Assembly: GCA_965223795.1 (NCBI GenBank)
Contig: CBDCXL010000001.1
Coordinates: 256,001 to 320,000 of the forward strand
Reading direction: 5' to 3'
Length of the DNA: 64,000 nt
Source: Nitrospinales bacterium
GTDB lineage: Bacteria; Nitrospinota; Nitrospinia; Nitrospinales; VA-1
Positions 33,923-43,100 of the stretch are shown here, piece by piece. Position 1 is the stretch's first letter. Every line of letters starts with the position of its first letter. The notes under the pieces were generated by a model that was given only the letters and a program-made list of their open reading frames with translations, had not been told where the DNA came from and searched no databases. Position numbers and translations under genes: made by a program.

Positions 33923-35131
33923 TCACTGGCAGATGTCGTTGGCGGTGACGAAATAGCGGGTGTCGTTGAGGTAGGTTTTCGTCCCCTGGTTGCTCAGATG
34001 AAAGGTGTGGCTGTTGCCGTCGTTGAATGCGAAGTGAATCGCCGGCTGGCCGCCCTGCGACTGGATGGCCCAGGTGCCCGCGCCGCCGGCGCGGCTGTGC
34101 GAGGAACCGAACCCGGCGTCGATGTCGAAGCTCATGGAATCGCTGCCGCGGTAGGCGAAGCTGCCGTCGCTGCACAGCGCGTACACGATCTTCGTGCTGC
34201 CGCCGCCCTGGTAATCGCCGAAGGTGGACATGTAGGTCATCTTCATGCCTCGCAGTTTGCGGTCCCACTGGCGCACCAGCGGCGAGACCGACGGCGCGAA
34301 CAGCCGGACGTCCGCGATCATCGCGCGCGCGTGCGGTTCGAGTTTGGACCACTCCTTGTGACTCGTGAGGGCGGTCACGACCAGGCCCTGCCCTTCTGTG
34401 CCGGTGAAGCCCGCGAGCAGGCCCCGCACCTGGGCTCCGTCCAGGAATCCGGTGACCGGAACCGCCCTGCCGCTGCCCCCGGCGGTTTTCAGTGTTTCCG
34501 GCTGGCCGGAGGGAATGAGCTGCACGCCTTCCTCCTGATAGCCCGAGCGCATGCCCTCTTCCACTTTCGCGGCGGTGAGGCCCGGATGCGGTTTGACGAG
34601 CACCAGTCCCGGCGTGGTTTTGGAGCCGAGCAGGTAAATGCCGGAGCGGTTCTGCACCTGGAAAAAGCCGCCCGCAAGCGGCAGGGAAAACCCGTCCTCC
34701 TTTTTGCTGAAACGGCTGCCGCCGCTTTGCGCAGCCGCGGGCTCAGGGGCCGCCGGTGCCGGCTTGGGCTCGGCCAGCGGACCGGGCGGGCTCGCGGGGC
34801 GTGCCGCCTGTTTCTTCAGCGAATAGATCGCGCCGCCGGTCATCAGGACGAGCAGGTCTCCATCCAGGGCGGCCTGAAAGGGATAGTTCATGCCCGCGTC
34901 CCGGTAATTGCCGATCAGGTTCTGCGGCGTTCCCTGTGCGGTGAGCGGATACGCGGCGCCGTTCAGGGTGGCCGTGCCGGTGTAGGCGCCCTGTCCTCCT
35001 TCCAGCTTGAGCGTCAACCGGCCGTCGCTGAACGTTCCGGCCAACGGATCGGCGGAAGCGCTGGCGAACGGCAGCAGCGTGACGAGCAGGAGCAGGAACA
35101 CCCATTGGATTCGGATAGAAAATTTTTTCAT
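33923..35131 (-). CDS. Exported multidomain hypothetical protein
   Basis: Sec signal (..LLPFASASA), Pro/Ala linker, beta-rich domains. Confidence 0.8.
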   Translation of the reverse strand: MKKFSIRIQWVFLLLLVTLLPFASASADPLAGTFSDGRLTLKLEGGQGAYTGTATLNGAAYPLTAQGTPQNLIGNYRDAGMNYPFQAALDGDLLVLMTGGAIYSLKKQAARPASPPGPLAEPKPAPAAPEPAAAQSGGSRFSKKEDGFSLPLAGGFFQVQNRSGIYLLGSKTTPGLVLVKPHPGLTAAKVEEGMRSGYQEEGVQLIPSGQPETLKTAGGSGRAVPVTGFLDGAQVRGLLAGFTGTEGQGLVVTALTSHKEWSKLEPHARAMIADVRLFAPSVSPLVRQWDRKLRGMKMTYMSTFGDYQGGGSTKIVYALCSDGSFAYRGSDSMSFDIDAGFGSSHSRAGGAGTWAIQSQGGQPAIHFAFNDGNSHTFHLSNQGTKTYLNDTRYFVTANDICQ

Positions 35132-35309
35132 AAACCGTTCTTTCAGAAATTTCTGTGGACGGCGCCGCCAGCTCTTCAGAAGGACGACAGGGCTCGGCCA
35201 GACGCGGGAAGTGTCGATTTCAGGGGGCTTTCTGAAAGTGTAGCAAAAGCGCGGGCGAGGCAGAAAGGAAAACGGTGGGTGTGTTTGTGATCCGGGCCGC
35301 GGGATGCGG

Positions 35310-36644
35310 TCAGGCGGTGTCTCTCAGCTCGCGCAAGTAGCTGAGTTTTTTCGGGATGACGCCGTCTTCGCAATAATTGTGTTTGGCGAGGATCTTGACG
35401 TGTTCGAGCACGCGTTTGCTGCCTTCGAAGTACACGGTCTGGTAGCCTTTGTCGGCGACGGCGCCGCCGGCCTGCAACAGGCTCATGACCGATTTGGCGT
35501 TGTACTTCTCGTCGTCGACGATCAGGAACAGATCTTCACCGTGCTGGCGGGCGATCAGGGAAATATAGGTGGACGGACGCGCGTGGAATCCGAGCGGCTT
35601 GGGGATGGGCAGTTCGACGCGCGCGGTCTTCACGAACTTGGCGGCGATTTCGTCGGCCAGTTCGTTGGCTTTGCGGATGAAGTGCAGGCTGTAGTAGAAG
35701 CAGAAATTGACCGTAGTGCCCAGGAGGATGGATTTGTCCACCATTTCGGTGATCCTCTGCTTGCACTCGCCGCCGCGGATGTCGTCTTCGTGCCGTTCGT
35801 AGAAATGGCACAGCCAGAGGACGCCTTCCAGCAGGTGCAGGGTCATGGAGATGTAGCCGCGCAGGTTCTTGATGACGTTGTTTTCCTGCTCGATGCGCGT
35901 GTTCTTGACGTAAGTGTCGTAATCGGACTGGACGCTGTGCACCAGCTCCTTGAATCCGCGCGCGCGCTTTTCGTCGATGCGCGAAGGGATCAGCTTCTTG
36001 AGTTCCTTGAGGTCCTCGGTGGTGTGGACCTTCACCTTTTCCATCATGCGGCAGACTTTCTGGATCTTGTCGCACAGATCGGTGATCCGCTCTTCCTCGT
36101 TCTTGACTTCGTCTTCGGAAATGTTGCGCGGCAGCCTGCGGTTGGCTTCGATGTCGGCGAACTCGTGCGCCGAGACCGCTTCCTCGTTGAAGGCCAGTCC
36201 GTTGGTCTTGCCGGCGACGATGACCTGCTGGTACAGGTTGAGGATCGACCGGTTGAGAAACTTGAGCGACTTCTGCGATTCGGTGAGGAAGCGCTGCTGC
36301 TCCTCCTCGGTTTCCCGCAGGTTGTAATAGGGATAACGGTCGAGCAGATGCTTGATGAAAAACGCCGTGATGCCCAGGTTGCGGATGCAGGCGACGTATT
36401 CGGTGAAAAAGGACCATTGCCTGTTTTCGCGGGCGCCGTACTCGTCGAGAAAGCTTTCCAGGAATTCCGCCTCCTGGATGAGGTTGGAATAGAACTTGCG
36501 GGAAATCTCCTTGCCCTTTTTCAGCCGGAACGCGAAGGAGTTGTAGATGCGGAAAAAGAACGCCGAAGGCTCCTGCACCAGCGGCAGAAACTCGTCCTCG
36601 CTCACGATCTGTATCAGGGATTTGGGTTCCACGGTGCGCTCCAC
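35310..36644 (-). CDS. Large protein with C-terminal HPr (PTS phosphocarrier) domain
   Basis: GFHARPS (His15 motif) and NAKSVMSLL (Ser46 motif) in the last ~100 aa; long helical N-terminus; start GTG 36644 or 36677. Confidence 0.85.
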   Translation of the reverse strand: MERTVEPKSLIQIVSEDEFLPLVQEPSAFFFRIYNSFAFRLKKGKEISRKFYSNLIQEAEFLESFLDEYGARENRQWSFFTEYVACIRNLGITAFFIKHLLDRYPYYNLRETEEEQQRFLTESQKSLKFLNRSILNLYQQVIVAGKTNGLAFNEEAVSAHEFADIEANRRLPRNISEDEVKNEEERITDLCDKIQKVCRMMEKVKVHTTEDLKELKKLIPSRIDEKRARGFKELVHSVQSDYDTYVKNTRIEQENNVIKNLRGYISMTLHLLEGVLWLCHFYERHEDDIRGGECKQRITEMVDKSILLGTTVNFCFYYSLHFIRKANELADEIAAKFVKTARVELPIPKPLGFHARPSTYISLIARQHGEDLFLIVDDEKYNAKSVMSLLQAGGAVADKGYQTVYFEGSKRVLEHVKILAKHNYCEDGVIPKKLSYLRELRDTA

Positions 36645-36749
36645 AATGAGCCCCTGAAAACCGGGGGCGTCCGGCACTGCCTGTACTTTCAGTTTAGCAC
36701 TATTTGCGCGGGGATTGCACGCGATCCGCGGCGGCGGGCCGGGGGCCGG

Positions 36750-37292
36750 TCAGCAGCCCAGAGACGGGGCGAACGTCTTGGCGGGCAGATATTTGCGCCA
36801 GATCGTGACGTGCGACTGCGGGCCGGCCGGCACGCAGAACTGGGTGAACAGGAAATCCGGCTGGGACGGTTTTTTGACCAGCCGCATGCCGATCTCCGCG
36901 AGGGTGTGGCTGCCCTTTTTCAGATTGCACGGCTTGCAGGCCACCACGACGTTGTGCCAGTTGGTCTTGCCGCCGCGCGACTTGGGCCGCACGTGGTCCA
37001 CGGTGAGTGTGCGGCCGGAGTGGCCGCAGTACTGGCAGGTGTAGTTGTCCCTTCTGAGTATGTTCTTCTTGCTGAAGGCGACGCCGCGGCGGCGGTTGCG
37101 CTTGACCACTTTGAGGGTGCGGATGACCGCAGGAAGCTGGAACGAGGTGGAGGGCGAACGCACGACGTGGCCGTTGGCCTCGATGTTCTCGGCGCGGCCG
37201 CTCAAAACCATGACGATGGCCCGTTTGGCCGAACAGAACTGCAGCGGCTCGTAGGTGTGGTTGAGCACCAGAATTTTGATCGAATCGAGCAT
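36750..37292 (-). CDS. HNH endonuclease family protein
   Basis: LVLNHTYEPL, RDNYTCQYCG, TVDHVRPKSRGG, NVVVACKPCNLKKG. Confidence 0.93.
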   Translation of the reverse strand: MLDSIKILVLNHTYEPLQFCSAKRAIVMVLSGRAENIEANGHVVRSPSTSFQLPAVIRTLKVVKRNRRRGVAFSKKNILRRDNYTCQYCGHSGRTLTVDHVRPKSRGGKTNWHNVVVACKPCNLKKGSHTLAEIGMRLVKKPSQPDFLFTQFCVPAGPQSHVTIWRKYLPAKTFAPSLGC

Positions 37293-37341
37293 GAAGCTCT
37301 CCCCGAATTGGGTTAAACTCCCCCAATAGTTAATCTTGGTG

Positions 37342-37371
37342 AGTTTACAATCTGCTTTGCAAAACTGTCAA
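37342..37371 (-). promoter_or_regulatory. Sigma-70 promoter for HNH gene
   Basis: Minus strand TTGACA-18-TAAACT. Confidence 0.45.
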
Positions 37372-37458
37372 CACCTTAAGCGTTTCCGGTGAGGGCGGCG
37401 TTTGCGGCGGATGGGAGCTTAGCGAGAACAAAATGTTATGCGGTGCTGTGCGGTGCGC

Positions 37459-38880
37459 TCAAAGAATGTTGCCGCTGCCAAGAAGCCGGTCCGGATCGAG
37501 GGCGGATTTGATCTTTTTGAGGTCCTCAAGGCCCTGCTCGCCCACCATCTGAGCGAAGTACGGTTTTTTCAGCTTGCCGATGCCGTGTTCGGCGGACACG
37601 GTGCCGTTCCACTTTAAAATCTGATCGACCAGGATGCCGTAGGTGGACTTCGCCTTGTCCATTTCGTCTTTGGCGGGCAGCAGGTTGATGTGCAGGTGGT
37701 TGTCGCCGAGATGGCCGAACACGACGTGGTGCAGCCCGCTGTCTGCAAGCGCCTGCCGGTAAAACCGCATCATGTCGAGGAAATGCGCGTCGGGCACGGC
37801 CATGTCCGTCCCCACCTTGACGCGGCCCACGCGGCTGTTCTCCTCGTTCACCAGCACCGGAATGTCGTGGCGGAAATCGTGAAACCGTTTGAGGTCCTTC
37901 GGCGTCTGGGCGAACCAGGATTCGTCCAGCAGCAGGGGTTGTTCGCTCAGAAACTCATACCAGGCTTCGAGAAGATCGCCGCTTTGCGCCGCATCCGCCA
38001 CGTCCTGCTCGAAAAACAGCGCCGCCTTCGCCGCATCGGGAATGCGTTCGTGCTTGCCGCGCAGCTTTTTGAGTGAGTTTTCGTCGAAATATTCCAGCGA
38101 GCAGGGCGAGAGCGGCGAATCGTCCGGCAGGGAACGGATGCGTTCCACCAGCCGCCAGCTATTCTCTTCCTGCTCGAAAAACAGAACGCCGCTGATGAAT
38201 TCCGCGGGCCGCGGCAGCAGTTTGAGTTTCAGGCGGGTGAAGATGCCGAGCGTGCCGTCGGAGCCGATGAACAGATCGAGCCAGTCCATGTCCGGCCGGA
38301 TGTGGTAACCGGCGGCGTTTTTGCAGTCGGGACTGGTGTAGCTGATTTGCGGAAACGCGATCGTGCTGCCGTCATCCAGTGCCAGCGGCGATGCGACCGG
38401 CTGCCCTCGCTTGAGCGCCGCCTTGCGCCCGTCCGCCAGCAGCACGTCCGCTTCCACAATGTAATCGCGCGTGACGCCGTACTTGTAGCTGCGCGCACCG
38501 GATGCGTTGGTGGCGGCGGTGCCTCCCAGAGATGCCAGCGTCTCGGTGGGGTTGGGCGGATAGAACCACTCCGTCGCGCGCAGTTCCTCCTGCAGGCGGG
38601 CCAGCGTGACGGCGGGGCCCGCCTCGATGGTTCCGTTCGCGATGTCGCCGAGGGTGTCGAAGCGTTCCAGGGAAACGATCACGCCTTCATGCGGGATGCG
38701 CGAGGCGGTCAGTCCCGTGCCGGCGCCGGCGATGTGCAGCGGCCGGTCGTTGGCCTTGAGAAATTCCCGCAGTTCGGCTTCGTTTTCCGGGATCACCACT
38801 TCCTCGGCGCTGCCGCCGGAATAATTGGAAGCGTCCTTCAAGTAAGGAAGGATGGCCTGCGGGTCCTGTTTGCGAATCAT
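37459..38880 (-). CDS. FAD-binding oxidoreductase (GlcD/D-lactate dehydrogenase family)
   Basis: GAGTGL, SLGGTAATNASG, GSDGTLGI, FGHLGDNHLH, SAEHGIG. Confidence 0.92.
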   Translation of the reverse strand: MIRKQDPQAILPYLKDASNYSGGSAEEVVIPENEAELREFLKANDRPLHIAGAGTGLTASRIPHEGVIVSLERFDTLGDIANGTIEAGPAVTLARLQEELRATEWFYPPNPTETLASLGGTAATNASGARSYKYGVTRDYIVEADVLLADGRKAALKRGQPVASPLALDDGSTIAFPQISYTSPDCKNAAGYHIRPDMDWLDLFIGSDGTLGIFTRLKLKLLPRPAEFISGVLFFEQEENSWRLVERIRSLPDDSPLSPCSLEYFDENSLKKLRGKHERIPDAAKAALFFEQDVADAAQSGDLLEAWYEFLSEQPLLLDESWFAQTPKDLKRFHDFRHDIPVLVNEENSRVGRVKVGTDMAVPDAHFLDMMRFYRQALADSGLHHVVFGHLGDNHLHINLLPAKDEMDKAKSTYGILVDQILKWNGTVSAEHGIGKLKKPYFAQMVGEQGLEDLKKIKSALDPDRLLGSGNIL

Positions 38881-38899
38881 GATACGAGCGTGATCTCTG

Positions 38900-39026
38900 A
38901 ATATCTTTGCATCAGTCTATAATCTGTCATGCTGAGCCTGTCGAAGCATGATTCCCTGCACCCTTCGACAAGCTCAGGGTGACAATAAGTCCCTTTATCC
39001 GTAAAGCTGAATTATGCGAAGTTCTC
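38900..39026. mobile_element. MITE/REP composite element, copy 1 (degenerate TIRs)
   Basis: Core GTCATGCTGAGCCTGTCGAAGCAT..CCCTTCGACAAGCTCAGGGTGAC; ends ATCTTTGCATCAGT / ATTATGCGAAGTTCTC. Confidence 0.75.
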
Positions 39027-39048
39027 CCAGGGAAGGGAAAGTATAAAT

Positions 39049-39648
39049 TCAGCGGCGGGTCGATTCCATCAGGCCGTCCGCCTGCGGAGGCAGGAATCCC
39101 TGGTAGCCGTTGTGGCGTTCGATGAGTTCCAGCACGGAGAAGACGGCGCCGTTGCGGGTTTCGGGCTTGGTGAAGATCTGCCGCAAATCCGACCCGGCTT
39201 CGCCCACGATGCTGCCGGTGAACTCGATGCCCTGCCCTGTCATCGTGTCGATGGCGGTGTCGATGTCTTCCACCAGAACGGCGATGTGGTGAAAACATCG
39301 ATCGCCGTGTGCGTCCACCCAGCCGGGGATGAGGCTGTCCCTGCCCCGCTCGCCGGCGAACGCCTGGTCGATGAACAGCGAAGGGAAACCGGCCTTGCGG
39401 TACACCTTCGCCCACCATTTGTCGAATTCCAGCACACCTATGTTTTCGTCGTACTCGAAGCCCAGCGCCAGCGCTTCCTGAGCGCGTGCGTCCACATCGT
39501 GCGTGCGGATCGTGCAATGATCGACCAGCGGCATCAGGCCGACGCCGCTGGCGCGAAGCGTTCCGGCGAGACGGCGCGCGGCGGCGTTGCCCTCAAGAAA
39601 ACGCTCGATGTAGTCTGAAAAAAAACGGTCGGTGGCGGAATCGGTCAT
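39049..39648 (-). CDS. VOC/glyoxalase-like protein
   Basis: VDHCTIRT, FHHIAVLVEDI, LRQIFT, LELIERH..GF. Confidence 0.8.
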   Translation of the reverse strand: MTDSATDRFFSDYIERFLEGNAAARRLAGTLRASGVGLMPLVDHCTIRTHDVDARAQEALALGFEYDENIGVLEFDKWWAKVYRKAGFPSLFIDQAFAGERGRDSLIPGWVDAHGDRCFHHIAVLVEDIDTAIDTMTGQGIEFTGSIVGEAGSDLRQIFTKPETRNGAVFSVLELIERHNGYQGFLPPQADGLMESTRR

Positions 39649-39676
39649 GGCCGGGTTCTTTCAAATCTTCAACAAC

Positions 39677-39847
39677 TCATTCTTTCGGATTTTCGTTCTC
39701 GAGGCTCTGCTTTTGCGCTTCTTCCTGTCTGCGTATCTGTTCGAGACGCTCCTTGGGCTGCTGATGGATGAACTTCGCGTATTTCGGCAGCAGGATCAGC
39801 ATGATGACCGCAAACGCAATCGCCAGGAACATAAAAACGGTTTCCAC
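39677..39847 (-). CDS. Small single-TM protein
   Basis: AAAGGAG RBS before GTG; hydrophobic N-terminus, charged tail. Confidence 0.7.
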   Translation of the reverse strand: METVFMFLAIAFAVIMLILLPKYAKFIHQQPKERLEQIRRQEEAQKQSLENENPKE

Positions 39848-40141
39848 AAATTCTCCTTTCTGTTTGCCGGTGAACGTTCCAGCTTGCATTATAGTAACAT
39901 TTCATCCGGATTCGGAGGGGCAAAACCGCTGGCAGTCAGAAAGGCCCGCGGCGGCCGCGGAAAATACATGAAGTGCGCTTTTACAGGCTGTTTCACCGGG
40001 GCAGAATGCCGTGCCGCCCGTTCAGGCAAACGGGTTCCGGATGCAGGACGTGCCTGTTGAACGAGCGGCCTGAAGGGTCTCTTGTGTCTGTCGGATCAAT
40101 GTGTTATAGAGTTTCGAGTCCATCTTGTTCCCCGTGAGGTT

Positions 40142-40354
40142 ATGAACCGGTTCCTGAATGACATCCTGATCGTGTGCGCGGCCGTGGCGTTTTTCTATTC
40201 CACAGGCTGTGCCGGGGAAGATCCCTATGTGCGGCTGAAACAGACGGAACGGGATTACCGGGAATGCCTCGAACGGCACCAGGGCGATGAAAAGGTGTGC
40301 ACCGCCGCCAAGAGCATTTATGAAACCGAACAGGAACGCTACCGCAGTCGTTGA
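40142..40354 (+). CDS. Small lipoprotein
   Basis: GAGG RBS; ..FFYSTGC lipobox-like; additional Cys pair. Confidence 0.65.
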   Translation: MNRFLNDILIVCAAVAFFYSTGCAGEDPYVRLKQTERDYRECLERHQGDEKVCTAAKSIYETEQERYRSR

Positions 40355-40391
40355 CCATCCCGCCTGAATCGCGTTTCACTCCTTTTCGTTC

Positions 40392-41060
40392 TCACTCTTC
40401 CTGCTGAATTTTATTTTTTAAAGATTCCTTTGCCAGGGTTTCCGCTTCCTCAAACCGGTTCTGCTCAAGGAGCACGTTGACGGCTTCGTCTTCAAGCAGG
40501 CTTTTGAGGAAACGCTTGCGCGCATCGGGAGTCGGGAGCTGCTGCTTGGCCAGCTTGCGCATCCTGCCCTGCAGTTTGATCTTCAGGATGTCGGTGGCGG
40601 AAATGCGCTCGTTGAGCACCGCTTCGGTCTGCTCGCGGATTTTCCGCGCCATGAGCGGGCTTTTGCCGCCGGTGGACACGGCGACCTGAACGGTGTCTTT
40701 GATATTGATGACGGAGGGGTGGCTGAAGTCGCTGGTGTCCGGATCGTCGGCGGCGTAGGCGTAACAACGCAATCGTTTGGCGGCCTCGACGATCGCCCGG
40801 TTGAGTTCTTTGTCGTCGGTGACGGCGAGGACCAGGATCAGCCGGTCGTACTGCTCGAGAAATCCGCCGTCCGCCACGTCCTCGCGCACCAGAAAGAGCT
40901 TTCCTTCTTCCGCCCGCCGTGCGATGCTTTCGGAAACGGTTCCGGCATGCACCCGGATCTCGCAGTCCTGCGTCAACAGGGCCTCGACCTTGCGCGCGGC
41001 CTCGCGTCCGCCGCCCACGACGACGACTAGCTTTCCTTTCAGGTTGAGATCGACGATCAT
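40392..41060 (-). CDS. Precorrin-2 dehydrogenase / sirohydrochlorin ferrochelatase (CysG N-terminal/SirC type)
   Basis: VVVVGGGREAARK, AVTDDKELN, DFSHPS, AVSTGGKSP. Confidence 0.9.
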   Translation of the reverse strand: MIVDLNLKGKLVVVVGGGREAARKVEALLTQDCEIRVHAGTVSESIARRAEEGKLFLVREDVADGGFLEQYDRLILVLAVTDDKELNRAIVEAAKRLRCYAYAADDPDTSDFSHPSVINIKDTVQVAVSTGGKSPLMARKIREQTEAVLNERISATDILKIKLQGRMRKLAKQQLPTPDARKRFLKSLLEDEAVNVLLEQNRFEEAETLAKESLKNKIQQEE

Positions 41061-41165
41061 ACAGGGGTGTTCTTTTTGAGTATTTGAAATAGAATATCTT
41101 ACATGAGCCGGGATCGGTCTTCAAATCGCCCGATCGCAAGTGAAACCCTCAAAAACAAGGTGTTT

Positions 41166-41930
41166 ATGGCGCGAATTCGGTGGTTTTGCGTGGTGTTGCC
41201 GGTGGCGGTGCTGCTATTGGCGCTGCCCGGCCGGGCTTTCCCCCTGGAGAAGGGCAAGGCGTCCCGGTATTCGCTGTCGGTGGAGCTCAAGCCGTTTTAT
41301 CCCAGCGAGCTCAGGCGCTATGGGCTGAAGACGGCGCATCCGTACCGGTTCGACCTGGAAACGCTCGACCGCTACATGCGGCAGCTGGCCTATCAGAAAA
41401 AACGCCTGTCCTGGACCACGGAAAAGCGCATGTTCCCCAAAGCGCTGCTGCACACAATGGTCGAGCGGATCGCGAAACGGTTCTCCGAGGCGGGGCCGGA
41501 TCAGCGGGTGGTGTTTCAGATCGACGACGCTTCCGGGAAAACCATGCTGCTGGGTGACACGTTTCTGACGAAAACCGGGCTGCACTGGCGGACCACGGTG
41601 CTTCTGGGCAAGCGGCGCGACATCGAGGACTTCAGCGTCGCCGGGGAAACCTGGCGGCTGGTGCCGCGTAAAAATCTGGACTATTTCCGCGCGCGGCGGT
41701 TCGAGGACCTGGAGCAGAACCTGACCAACTGGCTGGTGTTCACCAAGGTCCGTCCGGAGCCTGCGCGCCAGGCCGATTCAGTTTCCGTCCCGGCTCCCGA
41801 ACCTGCGGCGCCGGCGGCTCCGAATAGCGTCGAGCAACGGCTGAAAACGCTGGAGGGACTGAAAAAGGAGGGCCTGGTATCCGACCAGGAATACCGGCGT
41901 CTGCGCGAGTCCATCCTGAGCGGGCTGTGA
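41166..41930 (+). CDS. Exported protein with C-terminal SHOCT domain
   Basis: Signal peptide; VEQRLKTLEGLKKEGLVSDQEYRRLRESIL. Confidence 0.82.
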   Translation: MARIRWFCVVLPVAVLLLALPGRAFPLEKGKASRYSLSVELKPFYPSELRRYGLKTAHPYRFDLETLDRYMRQLAYQKKRLSWTTEKRMFPKALLHTMVERIAKRFSEAGPDQRVVFQIDDASGKTMLLGDTFLTKTGLHWRTTVLLGKRRDIEDFSVAGETWRLVPRKNLDYFRARRFEDLEQNLTNWLVFTKVRPEPARQADSVSVPAPEPAAPAAPNSVEQRLKTLEGLKKEGLVSDQEYRRLRESILSGL

Positions 41931-41945
41931 GCGCGGCCGCCCGGC

Positions 41946-41974
41946 TTGACAGGCTTTCGGGAGGGACGTATCCT
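41946..41974 (+). promoter_or_regulatory. Sigma-70 promoter upstream of AAA ATPase operon
   Basis: TTGACA-17-TATCCT. Confidence 0.55.
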
Positions 41975-41989
41975 GAATTTTGGTCTTAT

Positions 41990-42117
41990 ATGTGCTTTGC
42001 ATGAGTCCTCTTCATCGTCATGCTGAGCCTGTCGAAGCATTGTTCGGCGCCCTTCGACAAGCTCAGGGTGACATTCGATTCCAGTTTTTAAATAAATCGG
42101 ACTTATGCAAAGACTTT
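41990..42117. mobile_element. MITE/REP composite element, copy 2
   Basis: Same REP core; ends CTTTGCATGAGTCC / GGACTTATGCAAAG. Confidence 0.8.
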
Positions 42118-42133
42118 GTGCAAGGAGAGAATT

Positions 42134-43084
42134 TTGAACAAACAGACTCAGGAAAAATCCGTCGTCACCGTCGGCGGGGTGCAGCTGCACCTCAGCCGCC
42201 CCGACGGCACCGAGCCGGAGTGGATCGGCCAGGACGAAGTGCTCAAGCAGATTCTGGCCTGCTGGATGGTGGTGGGCGAAAAGGACCTGCCGCTCTCACC
42301 GCGCATCGTGGGGATGCCGGGGATCGGCAAGACCACGCTGGCGATGGTGGCGGCGCTCAAGCGCGGCCAGCCGCTGTACATCTTTCAGTGCACCAGCGAC
42401 ACGCGGCCGGAGGACCTGCTGGTGACGCCGGTGCTGGCCGAATCGGGCAAAATCTCCTACCACGCCTCGCCGCTGGTGAGCGCCATGCTGACGGGCGGCA
42501 TCTGCATCCTCGATGAAGGCAACCGCATGAACGAGAAGAGCTGGGCCTCGCTGGCGCCGCTGCTCGACCACCGCCGCTACGTGGAGTCGATCATCGCCGG
42601 GATCCAGATCCACGCGCACGAGGAGTTCCGCGCCTGCGTGACGATGAACCGGGACGAATCGACGTTCGAGATTCCGGATTACATCCTTTCCCGCCTGCAG
42701 CCGACGCTGGCGCTGTCGATGCCGGACCACCGCGACGAGATGGCGATTTTACAATACCACCTGCCGTTCGCCCCGCAGGACCTGCTGCAAATGACGGTGG
42801 ACTTTTTGCAGAAGTCGCATCAGCTCGATCTGGATTTTTCTCCGCGCGACGGCATCCACATTCTGCAGTACGCGCTCAAGCGCCTGAGCCAGGACAAGGA
42901 CCACCCGCTGGGCAAGGACGAAGCCTGGCGCGAGGCGGTGACCAAGGTTCTCGGCGAGGAGGCGATGGACCTCGACGGCATGGCCTCGAAGAAGCGCCGG
43001 GCCCTGGGGAACGAGCGCATGCCGATGGGGCTGGGCGATTTCTTCTTCAATGAGGACAGCCCGCTGCACCCGGACGGCGATTGA
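42134..43084 (+). CDS. MoxR/CbbQ-like AAA+ ATPase
   Basis: Walker A GMPGIGKT, Walker [18 protein letters not shown] before TTG. Confidence 0.88.
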   Translation: MNKQTQEKSVVTVGGVQLHLSRPDGTEPEWIGQDEVLKQILACWMVVGEKDLPLSPRIVGMPGIGKTTLAMVAALKRGQPLYIFQCTSDTRPEDLLVTPVLAESGKISYHASPLVSAMLTGGICILDEGNRMNEKSWASLAPLLDHRRYVESIIAGIQIHAHEEFRACVTMNRDESTFEIPDYILSRLQPTLALSMPDHRDEMAILQYHLPFAPQDLLQMTVDFLQKSHQLDLDFSPRDGIHILQYALKRLSQDKDHPLGKDEAWREAVTKVLGEEAMDLDGMASKKRRALGNERMPMGLGDFFFNEDSPLHPDGD

Positions 43085-43100
43085 TCCGCCTTTCTGAATC

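Noticed and set aside
36750..37292. HNH nuclease as an anti-phage or homing element
   Set aside because: Matches the common stand-alone chromosomal HNH type; no methylase, ATPase, intron or mobile context; host-like composition
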